Below are positions 45,137-58,030 of a stretch of DNA of 64,000 nt, in pieces (position 1 is the stretch's first letter; every line of letters starts with the position of its first letter). Source of the stretch: Sulfuritalea sp. (GTDB taxonomy: Bacteria; Pseudomonadota; Gammaproteobacteria; Burkholderiales; Rhodocyclaceae); the NCBI GenBank assembly GCA_044359585.1, contig JBIKLV010000010.1, positions 3,319-67,318 on the forward strand, in the 5' to 3' direction. Both the position numbers and the translations under genes were made by a program. The notes under the pieces are model-generated. The model saw nothing but the letters and a program-made list of their open reading frames with translations. It did no database searches and was not told the origin of the DNA.

Positions 45137-46660
45137 TTGGAATTTAGCATAAAAAGCGGAAGCCCGGAAAAGCAGCGCAGCGCGTGCGTCGTTGTCGGCG
45201 TCTTCGAAACCAGAAAGCTTTCTGCTGCAGCCGAAGTAATCGATCAGGCCAGCAAGCAGTTTCTGAGCGATATCCTCCGTCGTGGCGACATGGAAGGCAA
45301 GGCAGGCACCAGCCTGCTGCTGCATGGCGTTTCCGGTATCGAAGCCGACCGGGTCCTGCTGGTTGGACTTGGCAAAGAGCGGGAGTTCCGTGAAAAGGAA
45401 TACCGTTCAGCGATCGCAACGGCAGTTCGCCAACTAAACGAAACCGGTGGCTTCGATGGCACTGTGTTTCTGACGGACCTGCCCGTCAGAAAGCGCGACG
45501 TATCCTGGAAGATTCGCCAAGCCGCACTCGTGGCCCAGGAAACTCTGTACCGGTTCGAACGCCTCAAGTCAAAGAAGGAAGCTGTTCGGCGACCGCTGCG
45601 CAAGTTGACGTTTTGCGTCGCACGCCGCAACGAACTGGCCGCAGCCGAACTGGCGCTCGCGCAAGGCATGGCGATGGGTGCAGGCGTCGAACTGGCCAAG
45701 GACCTCGGCAACCTTCCAGGAAACATCTGCACTCCGACCTACCTTGCCGACCAGGCGAGGCAACTCGCGGCATCGCACGGACTGGGCGTTGACATCCTTG
45801 ACCGCGCCGATATGGAAAAGCTGGGCATGAACACCTTGCTCTCCGTCGCGCGGGGATCGCACGAGCCGCCAAAGTTCATTGTCCTTCGTCACCTGGGAGG
45901 CCCCGACGGAGCAAAGCCGGTGGTACTCGTCGGCAAGGGCATCACGTTCGACTCCGGGGGCATTTCACTCAAGCCCGGCGCCGAAATGGACGAAATGAAA
46001 TATGACATGTGTGGCGCCGCCAGCGTGCTCGGGACACTCAAGTCCATCGCCATCATGCAACTGCCGCTCAACGTCATCGGTGTGATTCCATCGACGGAGA
46101 ACATGCCCGGGGGCGCGGCGACAAAGCCGGGCGACGTGATTACCTCGATGTCGGGCCAGACCGTGGAGATACTCAACACCGATGCCGAGGGACGACTGAT
46201 CCTCTGTGATGCACTGACCTATGTCGAGCGCTTTGAACCGCAATGCGTCGTCGATATCGCAACGCTGACCGGTGCCTGCGTGATTGCACTGGGCCACGTC
46301 GCGACCGGATTGCTTGCAAACAACGAAGGCCTCGCGAAGGAATTGCTCGATGCCGGCCAGGAAGCCTACGACCGCGCCTGGCAGATGCCGCTCTGGGATG
46401 ACTACCAGGAACAGTTGAAGAGCAACTTCGCCGACATGGCGAATATTGGCGGCAAACCGGCCGGAACAATTACCGCGGCTTGCTTCCTCGCCCGGTTCAC
46501 GGAAAAGTATCAGTGGGCGCACCTCGACATTGCCGGTACGGCATGGCGTTCGGGCAAGGACAAGGGAGCCACCGGACGCCCGGTGCCATTGCTGAGCCAA
46601 TTCCTGATCGACCGCGCCAGTGCAGCAAAAGAGACTGACGGCAAACGCGGGCGGCGATGA
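45137..46660 (+). CDS. pepA: Leucyl aminopeptidase (M17)
   Basis: [26 protein letters not shown]. Confidence 0.96.
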   Translation: MEFSIKSGSPEKQRSACVVVGVFETRKLSAAAEVIDQASKQFLSDILRRGDMEGKAGTSLLLHGVSGIEADRVLLVGLGKEREFREKEYRSAIATAVRQLNETGGFDGTVFLTDLPVRKRDVSWKIRQAALVAQETLYRFERLKSKKEAVRRPLRKLTFCVARRNELAAAELALAQGMAMGAGVELAKDLGNLPGNICTPTYLADQARQLAASHGLGVDILDRADMEKLGMNTLLSVARGSHEPPKFIVLRHLGGPDGAKPVVLVGKGITFDSGGISLKPGAEMDEMKYDMCGAASVLGTLKSIAIMQLPLNVIGVIPSTENMPGGAATKPGDVITSMSGQTVEILNTDAEGRLILCDALTYVERFEPQCVVDIATLTGACVIALGHVATGLLANNEGLAKELLDAGQEAYDRAWQMPLWDDYQEQLKSNFADMANIGGKPAGTITAACFLARFTEKYQWAHLDIAGTAWRSGKDKGATGRPVPLLSQFLIDRASAAKETDGKRGRR

Positions 46661-47094
46661 CAAGTATCCAGTTCTACCATGGTGCAGGAAACCGCCTTCA
46701 GGCGGCCGCGGAATGGTTGAGCCGCGCCGGACATGAACATCGTCCGGTCGTCGTGTATGTCCCGTCGAATGACGATTGCCAGAAACTGGATCGCCTGCTC
46801 TGGTCTGCTCCGGCGACTGGCTTTATCGCTCACTGCATGGCTGATGACCGTTTGGCCCAGGAAACGCCGATCGTTCTCGCCTCCGGGCTGGATAATCTGG
46901 TTAGCGACGAATGCCTGTTGAATCTTTCCGACGAAATTCCGCCCGGGTTCAGTCGGTTCCAGAGCCTCGTCGAAATAGTCAGCGTCGATGACCAAGACCG
47001 CCTGCCGGGCCGGGAGCGCTTCCGCTTCTATCGCGAGCGCGGCTACCCCCTCAGGAACGACGATATTTCGAACGGCTTCGAGCCCAATGGCTGA
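46657..47094 (+). CDS. holC: DNA polymerase III chi subunit
   Basis: [18 protein letters not shown]; ATGA overlap with pepA. Confidence 0.9.
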   Translation: MTSIQFYHGAGNRLQAAAEWLSRAGHEHRPVVVYVPSNDDCQKLDRLLWSAPATGFIAHCMADDRLAQETPIVLASGLDNLVSDECLLNLSDEIPPGFSRFQSLVEIVSVDDQDRLPGRERFRFYRERGYPLRNDDISNGFEPNG

Positions 47095-47476
47095 CGACGG
47101 CACCAGGGAAATTCTGCTAAAGGCCGACGCGCTGATCCGGCGCTCGCGCACATATGTCGCCGGAACCCAGGCAACGCAGCAACCGGCCGCGCCAGCAGAC
47201 GATGACTTGCCGGTTCTGACCGAAATTGTCTCGGAACATGACATCGCATTCGCGACCGCACCGCCTCACATGCAGCAGCATCTTGACGCGTTGCGCGATG
47301 AATTGTCGCGCTGGCTTGAACAGGAATTGCCGCACGCCGTGCTGAAGGTGACGGATGGACTCGCAGACCAGTTGATGGAAGAACTGACCCATCAGGCTGA
47401 ACGGAATCTGCTGCCGAGACTCATGGCCCGCCTCGACGGCTCGGCCGACATGGCCGAACCAAAATCGACCGACTAG
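47087..47476 (+). CDS. Hypothetical protein (DLPVLTEIV motif) downstream of holC
   Basis: ATG 47087 overlapping holC end; helical C-terminus. Confidence 0.7.
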   Translation: MADDGTREILLKADALIRRSRTYVAGTQATQQPAAPADDDLPVLTEIVSEHDIAFATAPPHMQQHLDALRDELSRWLEQELPHAVLKVTDGLADQLMEELTHQAERNLLPRLMARLDGSADMAEPKSTD

Positions 47477-48081
47477 GCCCGCGGCACGGTGTCCGCAAAC
47501 GCCTGGCGTTGCATCAGCTTCTCATACAGGGCCGACAATTTCGGGTATTGGCCAGCCCAGGGCATGTCGGCCAGCCGGAACGACACGTAACCCAACGCAC
47601 AACCCACCGCGGCATCCGCCAGCGAGAACCCGGTGCCGTGACACCATGGCTGATCCCCCAGGTCGTCGGCCATTACCTTCAGCGCCTGATCTACCTTGCC
47701 GCGCTGGCGCTCGATCCAGGACGGACTGCGCTCACCATCGGGGCGCTTTGCCTCGAGAAACGCCGCGACCGCTGCATCGAGCACTCCGTCGGCGAGCGCC
47801 TCCCAGCGCTTCACGCTGATCCGCTCGCGACCCGAGGCCGGGATCAGCCGATTGTTCGGCGCGACCGTATCCAGATATTCCGCGATGACTCGCGAATCAT
47901 AGAGGGTGCTGTCATCATCGAGAACCAGAACCGGGACCTTACCCAGCGGATTCAGTGCGCCGACCCGGTTGTCCGCGGCCCAGGGATTGTCGAGAACGAG
48001 ATCGTAATCGATCTTTTTTTCCGCGAGCACGACGCGGATCTTGCGAACATAGGGACTGGTAAGCGAACCGATCAGTTTCAT
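47473..48081 (-). CDS. Glutathione S-transferase
   Basis: SPYVRK, NPLGKVPVL, DSRVIAEYL; start ATG 48081. Confidence 0.93.
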   Translation of the reverse strand: MKLIGSLTSPYVRKIRVVLAEKKIDYDLVLDNPWAADNRVGALNPLGKVPVLVLDDDSTLYDSRVIAEYLDTVAPNNRLIPASGRERISVKRWEALADGVLDAAVAAFLEAKRPDGERSPSWIERQRGKVDQALKVMADDLGDQPWCHGTGFSLADAAVGCALGYVSFRLADMPWAGQYPKLSALYEKLMQRQAFADTVPRA

Positions 48082-48176
48082 TGGGGAAATCGGGAAGTTC
48101 GGAGCGGGGAAACTATACCATGCGCCCCAGATGACTAGAGGCGTCCGTTCCCGGCGCGGCGCGGCCTGCATGGTAA

Positions 48177-49592
<1,416 letters not shown>

Positions 49593-49593
49593 G

Positions 49594-49923
49594 ATGGGTT
49601 TCGCCGAAAACCTCAAGCAATTGCCGCGCATTTCGCATCTTGCGGCGATCCAGCTGCTGGATCGGGATGGAGTCGTCGTCGGTACCATAGAAAACAAGCC
49701 CGGTCAGACCGGCTCCCTGTCCATCTACAACCACCTCGGGCAGATTTATGGCGCGATCACGGTCGAGGCTGCGAAGAAGGGGCTGGAACTTTACGCTGAA
49801 CACTGCAGCGACGCCCAGCTGAACCCCGGCAAACATCCCAACATCGACCGGCTGCTGGCACTGGCTGCGGCGAACGAAGGTTTGCTGCGCGTCAAACACC
49901 TGTTTGCCACGACGATCGAGTAG
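49594..49923 (+). CDS. DUF2322-like protein
   Basis: IENKPGQ.GSL..Y, NPGKHPNIDRL. Confidence 0.8.
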   Translation: MGFAENLKQLPRISHLAAIQLLDRDGVVVGTIENKPGQTGSLSIYNHLGQIYGAITVEAAKKGLELYAEHCSDAQLNPGKHPNIDRLLALAAANEGLLRVKHLFATTIE

Positions 49924-50049
49924 GTTTCGTCGGGGCTTGGCTCGGCTTGCGCTGCCGATCCGTAGATGTATGGAATAATCGCCGGCGGCCAAACGTATAT
50001 CCCGTGCCGCTTCCTGCTGGCCTTTCCCTAGACAGAACAAGGAGTCACT

Positions 50050-50523
50050 ATGAAATTCAAGAAGATCGTCGTTGCCGCACTCGCCATTGGCCTCACCGGC
50101 GCCGCCATGGGCCAGGTTATCGGCAAGGCAGAAGACCAGATTCGCTGGCGCCAGTCGGCCTACCAGACCATGCTTTGGAATATGCAGCGTATAAAGGCCA
50201 ATATCGAAGGCACCTACAACAAGGATCAGGTAGTGCAGGCCGCCAATGTGGTCCAGGCGATTGCCACATCTGGCATGGGCGCGCTATTCCAGCCCGATAC
50301 CAACACCGGAAAGGGCTGGCGCGAGACGAACGTCAAGCCCGAGTTCTTCAAACCTGAGAGCAAGGACGAAATCGGCAAACTTGCCGGCGCCTACATCAAG
50401 GAAGCCAAGGAAATGGCCACGGTAGCTGCGGGAGGCGATGCCGCTGCCGTCAAGACGCAGTTCGGCAAGCTGGCGAAATCCTGCGACAACTGCCACGACA
50501 AGTTCCGCAAAGAACTCAAGTAA
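50050..50523 (+). CDS. Cytochrome c' (class II cytochrome c)
   Basis: Signal peptide, C-terminal CDNCH. Confidence 0.92.
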   Translation: MKFKKIVVAALAIGLTGAAMGQVIGKAEDQIRWRQSAYQTMLWNMQRIKANIEGTYNKDQVVQAANVVQAIATSGMGALFQPDTNTGKGWRETNVKPEFFKPESKDEIGKLAGAYIKEAKEMATVAAGGDAAAVKTQFGKLAKSCDNCHDKFRKELK

Positions 50524-50538
50524 AAGTAATGAACCGCG

Positions 50539-50566
50539 AAACGGCCGTCTGCGGGCGGCCGTTTTC
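50539..50566. terminator. Terminator between cytochrome c' and cytochrome b
   Basis: AAACGGCCGTC / GGCGGCCGTTT stem followed by Ts. Confidence 0.7.
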
Positions 50567-50593
50567 TGTTAACAACGGCCCACCTCAGACAAC

Positions 50594-51271
50594 CTACCAG
50601 GTCGGGTTTTCGTTTGTCACGGGCGGCGGTGCGGGAATCCAGACACCACTTGCACCATACGCCGCCGCCAGCCCGATCGCCAAAGCCACGCAGAAAGCCG
50701 CGAGGCCGCCGCCTTTTGCCGTGTCGCCAGCGCCGACTTTCTCCCCCGTGACCATCGGCATGATCAAGGTTTCCTTCTTGATCCGGACATAGAAGGCGAT
50801 CGCGGCAAGGTGCGCCACCACCAGCAGGATGATCAGCGGTTCGACCAGGCGGTGGATGCCCACCACGCGATCCGACAGATCCTTGCCGACCAGTGCGTAC
50901 AACGGACCTTCGAAGGCAATGTCGTCATTCGCGAACAGGCCCGTCGACACCAGGAGCAGCAGAGTGCCGAGCATGGCCAGAACGGAAAGCGCGCCGAGCG
51001 GGTTGTGTCCCTCGCCGTGCCACTGCCCGCGCAGATAGGCGACGATTGCAGCGGGTCCGCGCACGAACTGGAAGAACCGGGCGTAGGTCGATCCGACAAA
51101 ACCCCAGACCAGCCGGAATACCAGCAGGCCGACCACCACCAGGCCGAAGCGGCCATGCCAAACCATCGCGTTGCCGCCGATCTTCGCACTGACGAAGGAA
51201 CCCGTTACGCATATCACCAGCAGCCAATGGAACAGCCGCAGCGGCAGGTCCCATACCAGGATGCGCTGCAT
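50594..51271 (-). CDS. Cytochrome b/b6-domain membrane protein
   Basis: VWDLPLRLFHW, GHNPLG, conserved His ligands; start ATG 51271. Confidence 0.9.
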   Translation of the reverse strand: MQRILVWDLPLRLFHWLLVICVTGSFVSAKIGGNAMVWHGRFGLVVVGLLVFRLVWGFVGSTYARFFQFVRGPAAIVAYLRGQWHGEGHNPLGALSVLAMLGTLLLLVSTGLFANDDIAFEGPLYALVGKDLSDRVVGIHRLVEPLIILLVVAHLAAIAFYVRIKKETLIMPMVTGEKVGAGDTAKGGGLAAFCVALAIGLAAAYGASGVWIPAPPPVTNENPTW

Positions 51272-52245
51272 CAGACCACGGCCTCCTGCTTCTCGACCTT
51301 GGGCTTGACGAACTGCTCGCGCGACACGCCCATCCACATCACCAGCGGACTGGCGACCAGCACCGACGAGTAGATGCCGAAACAGATGCCGATGGTCAGG
51401 GCCAGGGCGAAATAGTGCAGCGCCGCGCCACCGAAGATCAACATTGAAGTGACCATCATCTGCGTCGAGCCATGGGTGATGATGGTGCGCGAAATGGTGC
51501 TGGTGATGGCGTGGTCGAGCACCTGCGGCGTCGTCATGCCGCGCTTCTTCTTGAAGGTTTCGCGCACGCGGTCAAACACCACCACCGATTCGTTCACCGA
51601 ATAGCCCAGCACCGCCAGCACGGCGGCCAGCACCGGCAGGGAGAACTCCCACTGGAAGAAGGCGAAGAAGCCGAGGATGATCACCACGTCATGCAGGTTG
51701 GCGATGATGGCGGAGACGGCGAAGCGCCACTCGAAGCGGAACGCGAGGTAGAGCACGATGCCCACGATCACCAGCAGCAAGGCCAGTGCGCCGTCTTCGG
51801 CAAGTTCCTTGCCGACCTGGGGACCGACGAACTCGACCCGCTTGAGCTGCGGCGTCATCGCCGCTGCCGTGCCGCCAGCGCCAGCGCTCTGCGTCCCTTC
51901 GGGAACTTTCATCAACGAGGCCATGACCTGCTCGCCGACCTTGGAACTTTCGGCGCCCTTGGCCAGCGGCACGCGGATCAGCACATCGCGCGAAGAACCG
52001 AAGTTCTGTACCTGCGGATCGGCAAAGCCGTCGCTTTCCAGTTGTTGCCGTATCTTCCCCAGGTCCGGCGCCTGCGTATAACTGACTTCCAACAGCGTGC
52101 CGCCGGTGAACTCGACGGAAAAATGCAGCCCCTTGGTCGCCAGGAAGAACACCGCGGCGAGGAAGGTGATCAACGAGATGACGTTGAACACCAGGGCATG
52201 GCGCATGAATGGAATGTCTTTGCGTATGCGGAAAAATTCCATCAT
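51271..52245 (-). CDS. secF: Protein translocase subunit SecF
   Basis: FTGG, VGPQVG.EL, GYSVNESVVVFDRVRE. Confidence 0.97.
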   Translation of the reverse strand: MMEFFRIRKDIPFMRHALVFNVISLITFLAAVFFLATKGLHFSVEFTGGTLLEVSYTQAPDLGKIRQQLESDGFADPQVQNFGSSRDVLIRVPLAKGAESSKVGEQVMASLMKVPEGTQSAGAGGTAAAMTPQLKRVEFVGPQVGKELAEDGALALLLVIVGIVLYLAFRFEWRFAVSAIIANLHDVVIILGFFAFFQWEFSLPVLAAVLAVLGYSVNESVVVFDRVRETFKKKRGMTTPQVLDHAITSTISRTIITHGSTQMMVTSMLIFGGAALHYFALALTIGICFGIYSSVLVASPLVMWMGVSREQFVKPKVEKQEAVV

Positions 52246-52255
52246 GCCTCCCGAT

Positions 52256-52316
52256 GGGCCGCCCCGAGGGGGGCAGGGCCCCCTGTGGGGGCAGCGAAAG
52301 AATTGAGCGTGGGGAC
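52256..52316. repeat. Interspersed GC-rich palindromic repeat between secD and secF
   Basis: GGGCCGCCCCGAGGGGGGCAGGGCCCCCTGTGGGGGCAGCG..AGCGTGGGG; minus-strand reading SLPPQGALPPSGRP resembles a Betaproteobacteria repeat known to me as SLPPEGA-type. Confidence 0.55.
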
Positions 52317-52323
52317 CATGTTT

Positions 52324-54192
52324 TCAGACTCCCGGTTTCCAGACTTGGCCGATGCTCACCGACACCAGTTTGCGCCGGTAGCCGTAGATCCAATTGATCA
52401 GCGCGCGCGACACCACCACCGAACTGAAAATCGAGGTCAGGATGCCCAGGCAATGCACCACCGCGAAGCCGCGCACCGGTCCGGAACCAAAGATCAGTAG
52501 TGCGACGCCGGCGATCAGCGTGGTGATGTTCGAATCGAGGATGGTGGCCCAGGCGCGTTCGTAACCGGCGGTGATCGACGCCTGCGGCGAATTTCCGCCG
52601 CGCAACTCCTCCCGTACCCGCTCGTTGATCAGCACGTTGGCGTCGATCGCCATGCCCAGCGTCAGGGCGATGGCGGCGATGCCGGGCAGCGTCAGCGTCG
52701 CCTGCAGGAGCGACAGCAGCGCCACCAGAAACAGCAGGTTGGCCGACAGCGCCAACACCGAGACAACGCCGAACAGCAGGTAGTACGAGATCATGAACAC
52801 CGAGATGGCGATGAAGCCCCACATCGTCGAGTTGAAACCCTTGGCGATGTTGTCGGCGCCGAGGCTGGGACCGACCGTGCGCTCCTCGATGATCTCCATC
52901 GGCGCCGCGAGCGATCCCGCGCGTAGCAGCAGGGCCACGTCATTCGCCTCGACGGTGCTCATGCGACCCGAAATCTGCACCCGCCCGCCACCGATCTCCG
53001 TGCGAATCACCGGGGCGGTGACCACTTCGCCCTTGCCTTTTTCGATCAGCAGGATGGCCATGCGCTTGCCGACGCTCTCGCGCGTCACGTCCTTGAAGAT
53101 GCGCGCGCCGGAGGAGTCGAGCGAAAGATGCACCGCCGGTTCCTGGGTCTGGCTGTCAAACCCGGCCTGGGCGTCGGTCAGCCGCTCGCCGGTCAGCACC
53201 ACCTGCTTCTTCACCAGCAGGCCGCGCCCGCCACGCTCGATGTAGTACTCGGTACCCGGCGGCGGCTGGCCGCGCGCCGCCTGATCCATGATGTCCATGT
53301 TGGCGCTGGCTTCGTCATCGACCATGCGCACTTCCAGAGTCGCCGTGCGGCCGAGGATGTCCTTCGCCTTGGCGGTGTCCTGCACGCCGGGCAGCTGCAC
53401 CACGATCCGGTCGATGCCCTGTTGCTGGATCACCGGCTCGGCAACGCCGAGTTCGTTGATGCGGTTATGCAGGGTGGTGATGTTCTGCTTCACCGCGAAT
53501 TCCTGGATGCGCTTTTCGGCCTGCGGCTTGAGCGTTGCCACCAGACGGAAATCGGCGCCATCCTGGGCGTCGACCAGCAGCAGGTCGGGCTGGCTGTCAG
53601 TCAGCACGGCGCGTGCCTTGTCGCGGGTTTCGAGGTCGCGGAAGCGGATTGCCACCGTCTGCCCTTCGCGCACGATGCCGCCGTGGCGGATGTTCTTGTC
53701 GCGCATCAGGCCGCGCAAATCCGCACCGATCGAATCGAGCCGCTTGGTCAGGGCGCCCTTCATGTCCACCTGCAGCAGGAAATGCACGCCGCCACGCAGG
53801 TCGAGGCCGAGATACATCGGCAGCGCATGGATTCCGGTCAGCCAGTTGGGCGAGTCGGACACCAGGTTGAGCGCGACGCTGTAGCTGGCGTCCGCCGCTA
53901 CAGGATTCAGTGCCTTCTCGATGGCGTCCTTGGCCTTGAGCTGGGTATCGGTATCGGCCAGGCGCACCCGTATGCTATTGAGGTCGAGCACCACGCCCTG
54001 CGGCGCCACGGCGGCGGCCTTGAGCGCTGCCTCCACCTGCGACATCAGCCGGGCGTCAACCTTGTGCGTCGCCTTTACGCTGGCCACCTGCACGGCGGGC
54101 GCCTCGCCAAAGAAGTTGGGCAGGGTGTACAACAGTCCGAGCACCAGGGCGATCAGGACCGTGGCATTCTTCCAGAGAGGATAGCGATTCAT
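52324..54192 (-). CDS. secD: Protein translocase subunit SecD
   Basis: LGLDLRGG, VGPSLG, GMAIDANVLINERVREE. Confidence 0.97.
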   Translation of the reverse strand: MNRYPLWKNATVLIALVLGLLYTLPNFFGEAPAVQVASVKATHKVDARLMSQVEAALKAAAVAPQGVVLDLNSIRVRLADTDTQLKAKDAIEKALNPVAADASYSVALNLVSDSPNWLTGIHALPMYLGLDLRGGVHFLLQVDMKGALTKRLDSIGADLRGLMRDKNIRHGGIVREGQTVAIRFRDLETRDKARAVLTDSQPDLLLVDAQDGADFRLVATLKPQAEKRIQEFAVKQNITTLHNRINELGVAEPVIQQQGIDRIVVQLPGVQDTAKAKDILGRTATLEVRMVDDEASANMDIMDQAARGQPPPGTEYYIERGGRGLLVKKQVVLTGERLTDAQAGFDSQTQEPAVHLSLDSSGARIFKDVTRESVGKRMAILLIEKGKGEVVTAPVIRTEIGGGRVQISGRMSTVEANDVALLLRAGSLAAPMEIIEERTVGPSLGADNIAKGFNSTMWGFIAISVFMISYYLLFGVVSVLALSANLLFLVALLSLLQATLTLPGIAAIALTLGMAIDANVLINERVREELRGGNSPQASITAGYERAWATILDSNITTLIAGVALLIFGSGPVRGFAVVHCLGILTSIFSSVVVSRALINWIYGYRRKLVSVSIGQVWKPGV

Positions 54193-54268
54193 TTTTTCGG
54201 TAGGAAGAAGTAAGGGATGCCGAAGATGCGCGACGCGACCTCAGGGCCGCGCCAGCGCCCCTCGCACG

Positions 54269-54610
54269 TTACAGATTCTTGAGCGTACCCTTGGGCAAGA
54301 GCGCGCCCACGGCGTTTTTCTGCACGGTGATCACCACCGGACCATCCTTGCCTTCAGCGACTTCCAGGCTCAGGTAGTTTTCGCCGACCTTCGAAATGCG
54401 GCCGGTGATACCGCCCTGGGTGACCACTTCGTCGCCCTTGGCCAGTTCGCTGACCATCTTTTGCTGCTCCTTGGCCTTCTTCATCTGCGGCCGGATCATG
54501 ACGAACCAGAGCACGACGAACATAAGCAGAATAGGCAGCATGCCCATCAGGCCACCGGTCGGATCGGCAGCGGCGCCGGCCGCCTGCGCGTAAGCATTTG
54601 AAATCAGCAC
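54269..54610 (-). CDS. yajC: Preprotein translocase subunit YajC
   Basis: IRPQ.K..K, GDEVVT.GG. Confidence 0.95.
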   Translation of the reverse strand: MLISNAYAQAAGAAADPTGGLMGMLPILLMFVVLWFVMIRPQMKKAKEQQKMVSELAKGDEVVTQGGITGRISKVGENYLSLEVAEGKDGPVVITVQKNAVGALLPKGTLKNL

Positions 54611-54646
54611 TATGTATCTCCAGGATTGTCGGACAGAACCGGCGAA

Positions 54647-56784
<2,138 letters not shown>

Positions 56785-56908
56785 CGTTGGCATTGAGGCG
56801 GGAACGGCCGCAGGCATGGCGGACATATCCGCAGCCGCCACCGCGGCGAGCGGCCGCGGCAGGCGGATGGTGCGAGCATCGGGTAAATCGTTTCGGTGCC
56901 GCCGCCTT

Positions 56909-57607
56909 TCAAGTCAAGGCATCGAGATCGCCGTGTCGGCGGAATGCCGCCAGGTCGACCAGGATCAGCTGGCCCTCGTGCTCCTGGATCAAGCCCTGCG
57001 CCGTCAGGTCGCGCATCACGCGGCTCACCATCTCGCGCGACGCGCCGATCATCTTGGCAATGTCCTGTTTGGTCATCTTGTGCGTCACGACCTTGCGTCC
57101 GTCGATCGTCTCCGCCGATTCGAGCAGCAGGCGCGCCACGCGTCCATAGACGTCGAGCAGGGCGAGGCTCTCGATGTTGCGGTCGGCCAGGCGCAGGCGC
57201 TTGGTCAGGCTGCGCATGATGAACAGCGAAACATCGGGGTTGTCGACCAGGCAATGCTTGAAATCCTCCTTGCCCATGACCACCACATCGCTCGACTCGA
57301 CCGCCAGCACGGTAGCCGATCGGGGATGGTCGTCGAGCACGCCCATCTCGCCGAACAGTTCGCCGGGGCCAAGCATCGAGAGGATCACCTCGCGCCCCTC
57401 CTCGTCGCTTACCTGGACCTTCAACGCCCCGGACAAAACAAAATAGATGTTGTCGGTATGGTCTCCGGCGTGCAGTACCACGGTGTGGCGGGGAATGTGA
57501 CGCAGCATGGCGACACGGGTAAGCGGCCTGAGGCACTCGTCGTCGAGCATCTCGAAGATCGGCAACGCCCTAAGGACCGTCAAGGAAACGCCGGGATTTG
57601 GCGACAT
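56909..57607 (-). CDS. Crp/Fnr-family regulator with cNMP-binding motif
   Basis: FGEM..PRSATV pocket and SREMVSR recognition helix; start ATG 57607. Confidence 0.92.
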   Translation of the reverse strand: MSPNPGVSLTVLRALPIFEMLDDECLRPLTRVAMLRHIPRHTVVLHAGDHTDNIYFVLSGALKVQVSDEEGREVILSMLGPGELFGEMGVLDDHPRSATVLAVESSDVVVMGKEDFKHCLVDNPDVSLFIMRSLTKRLRLADRNIESLALLDVYGRVARLLLESAETIDGRKVVTHKMTKQDIAKMIGASREMVSRVMRDLTAQGLIQEHEGQLILVDLAAFRRHGDLDALT

Positions 57608-57733
57608 CAATCGATAACCTCCGCGAAGACTGCAATCTGCACTCAAGGCAAAGTGTAATCCGGATTGGCGCCGATTTTCCACCGTGCCGGCGGCTGCGGC
57701 TGCCCTGACCGGCTGGATTTGCTCGCAGGCTGC

Positions 57734-57818
57734 TGGTGCCGGGGGGGGAAGTCGAATCCCCATGCCTTGCGGCGGCGGTGTTTGAGACCGCTACGTCTAC
57801 CGATTCCGTCACCCCGGC
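57734..57818 (-). tRNA. tRNA-Leu(CAA), 85 nt, with non-canonical positions
   Basis: GCCGGGG/CCCCGGC acceptor stem plus ACCA, D arm, anticodon loop CT-CAA-AC, GCC-GCAA-GGC variable arm, TTCGA loop. Confidence 0.9.
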
Positions 57819-58030
57819 CCGGGATGTCGCCCCCTGAAACTCCAGGTTGCGGGAGGCGCGCATTATCCGACAATCCCGCCTGTCCCACAATGTCCCCCTG
57901 CCGTGTCCCCGCGCCGTGTCGCCGGCGCCGATTTTTTTTTGCGCGGCGCAGCGTCGCCATTCGACAACACGCGAACGAGCGCAGCGTCTGCGGCATCGCG
58001 TACATATAACGAAGCGCCTATAATCCACCG

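Noticed and set aside
57600-57733. Island or prophage at the tRNA-Leu 3' end
   Set aside because: No integrase or duplicated tRNA 3' end nearby; the flank is the crp-queA-tgt core block
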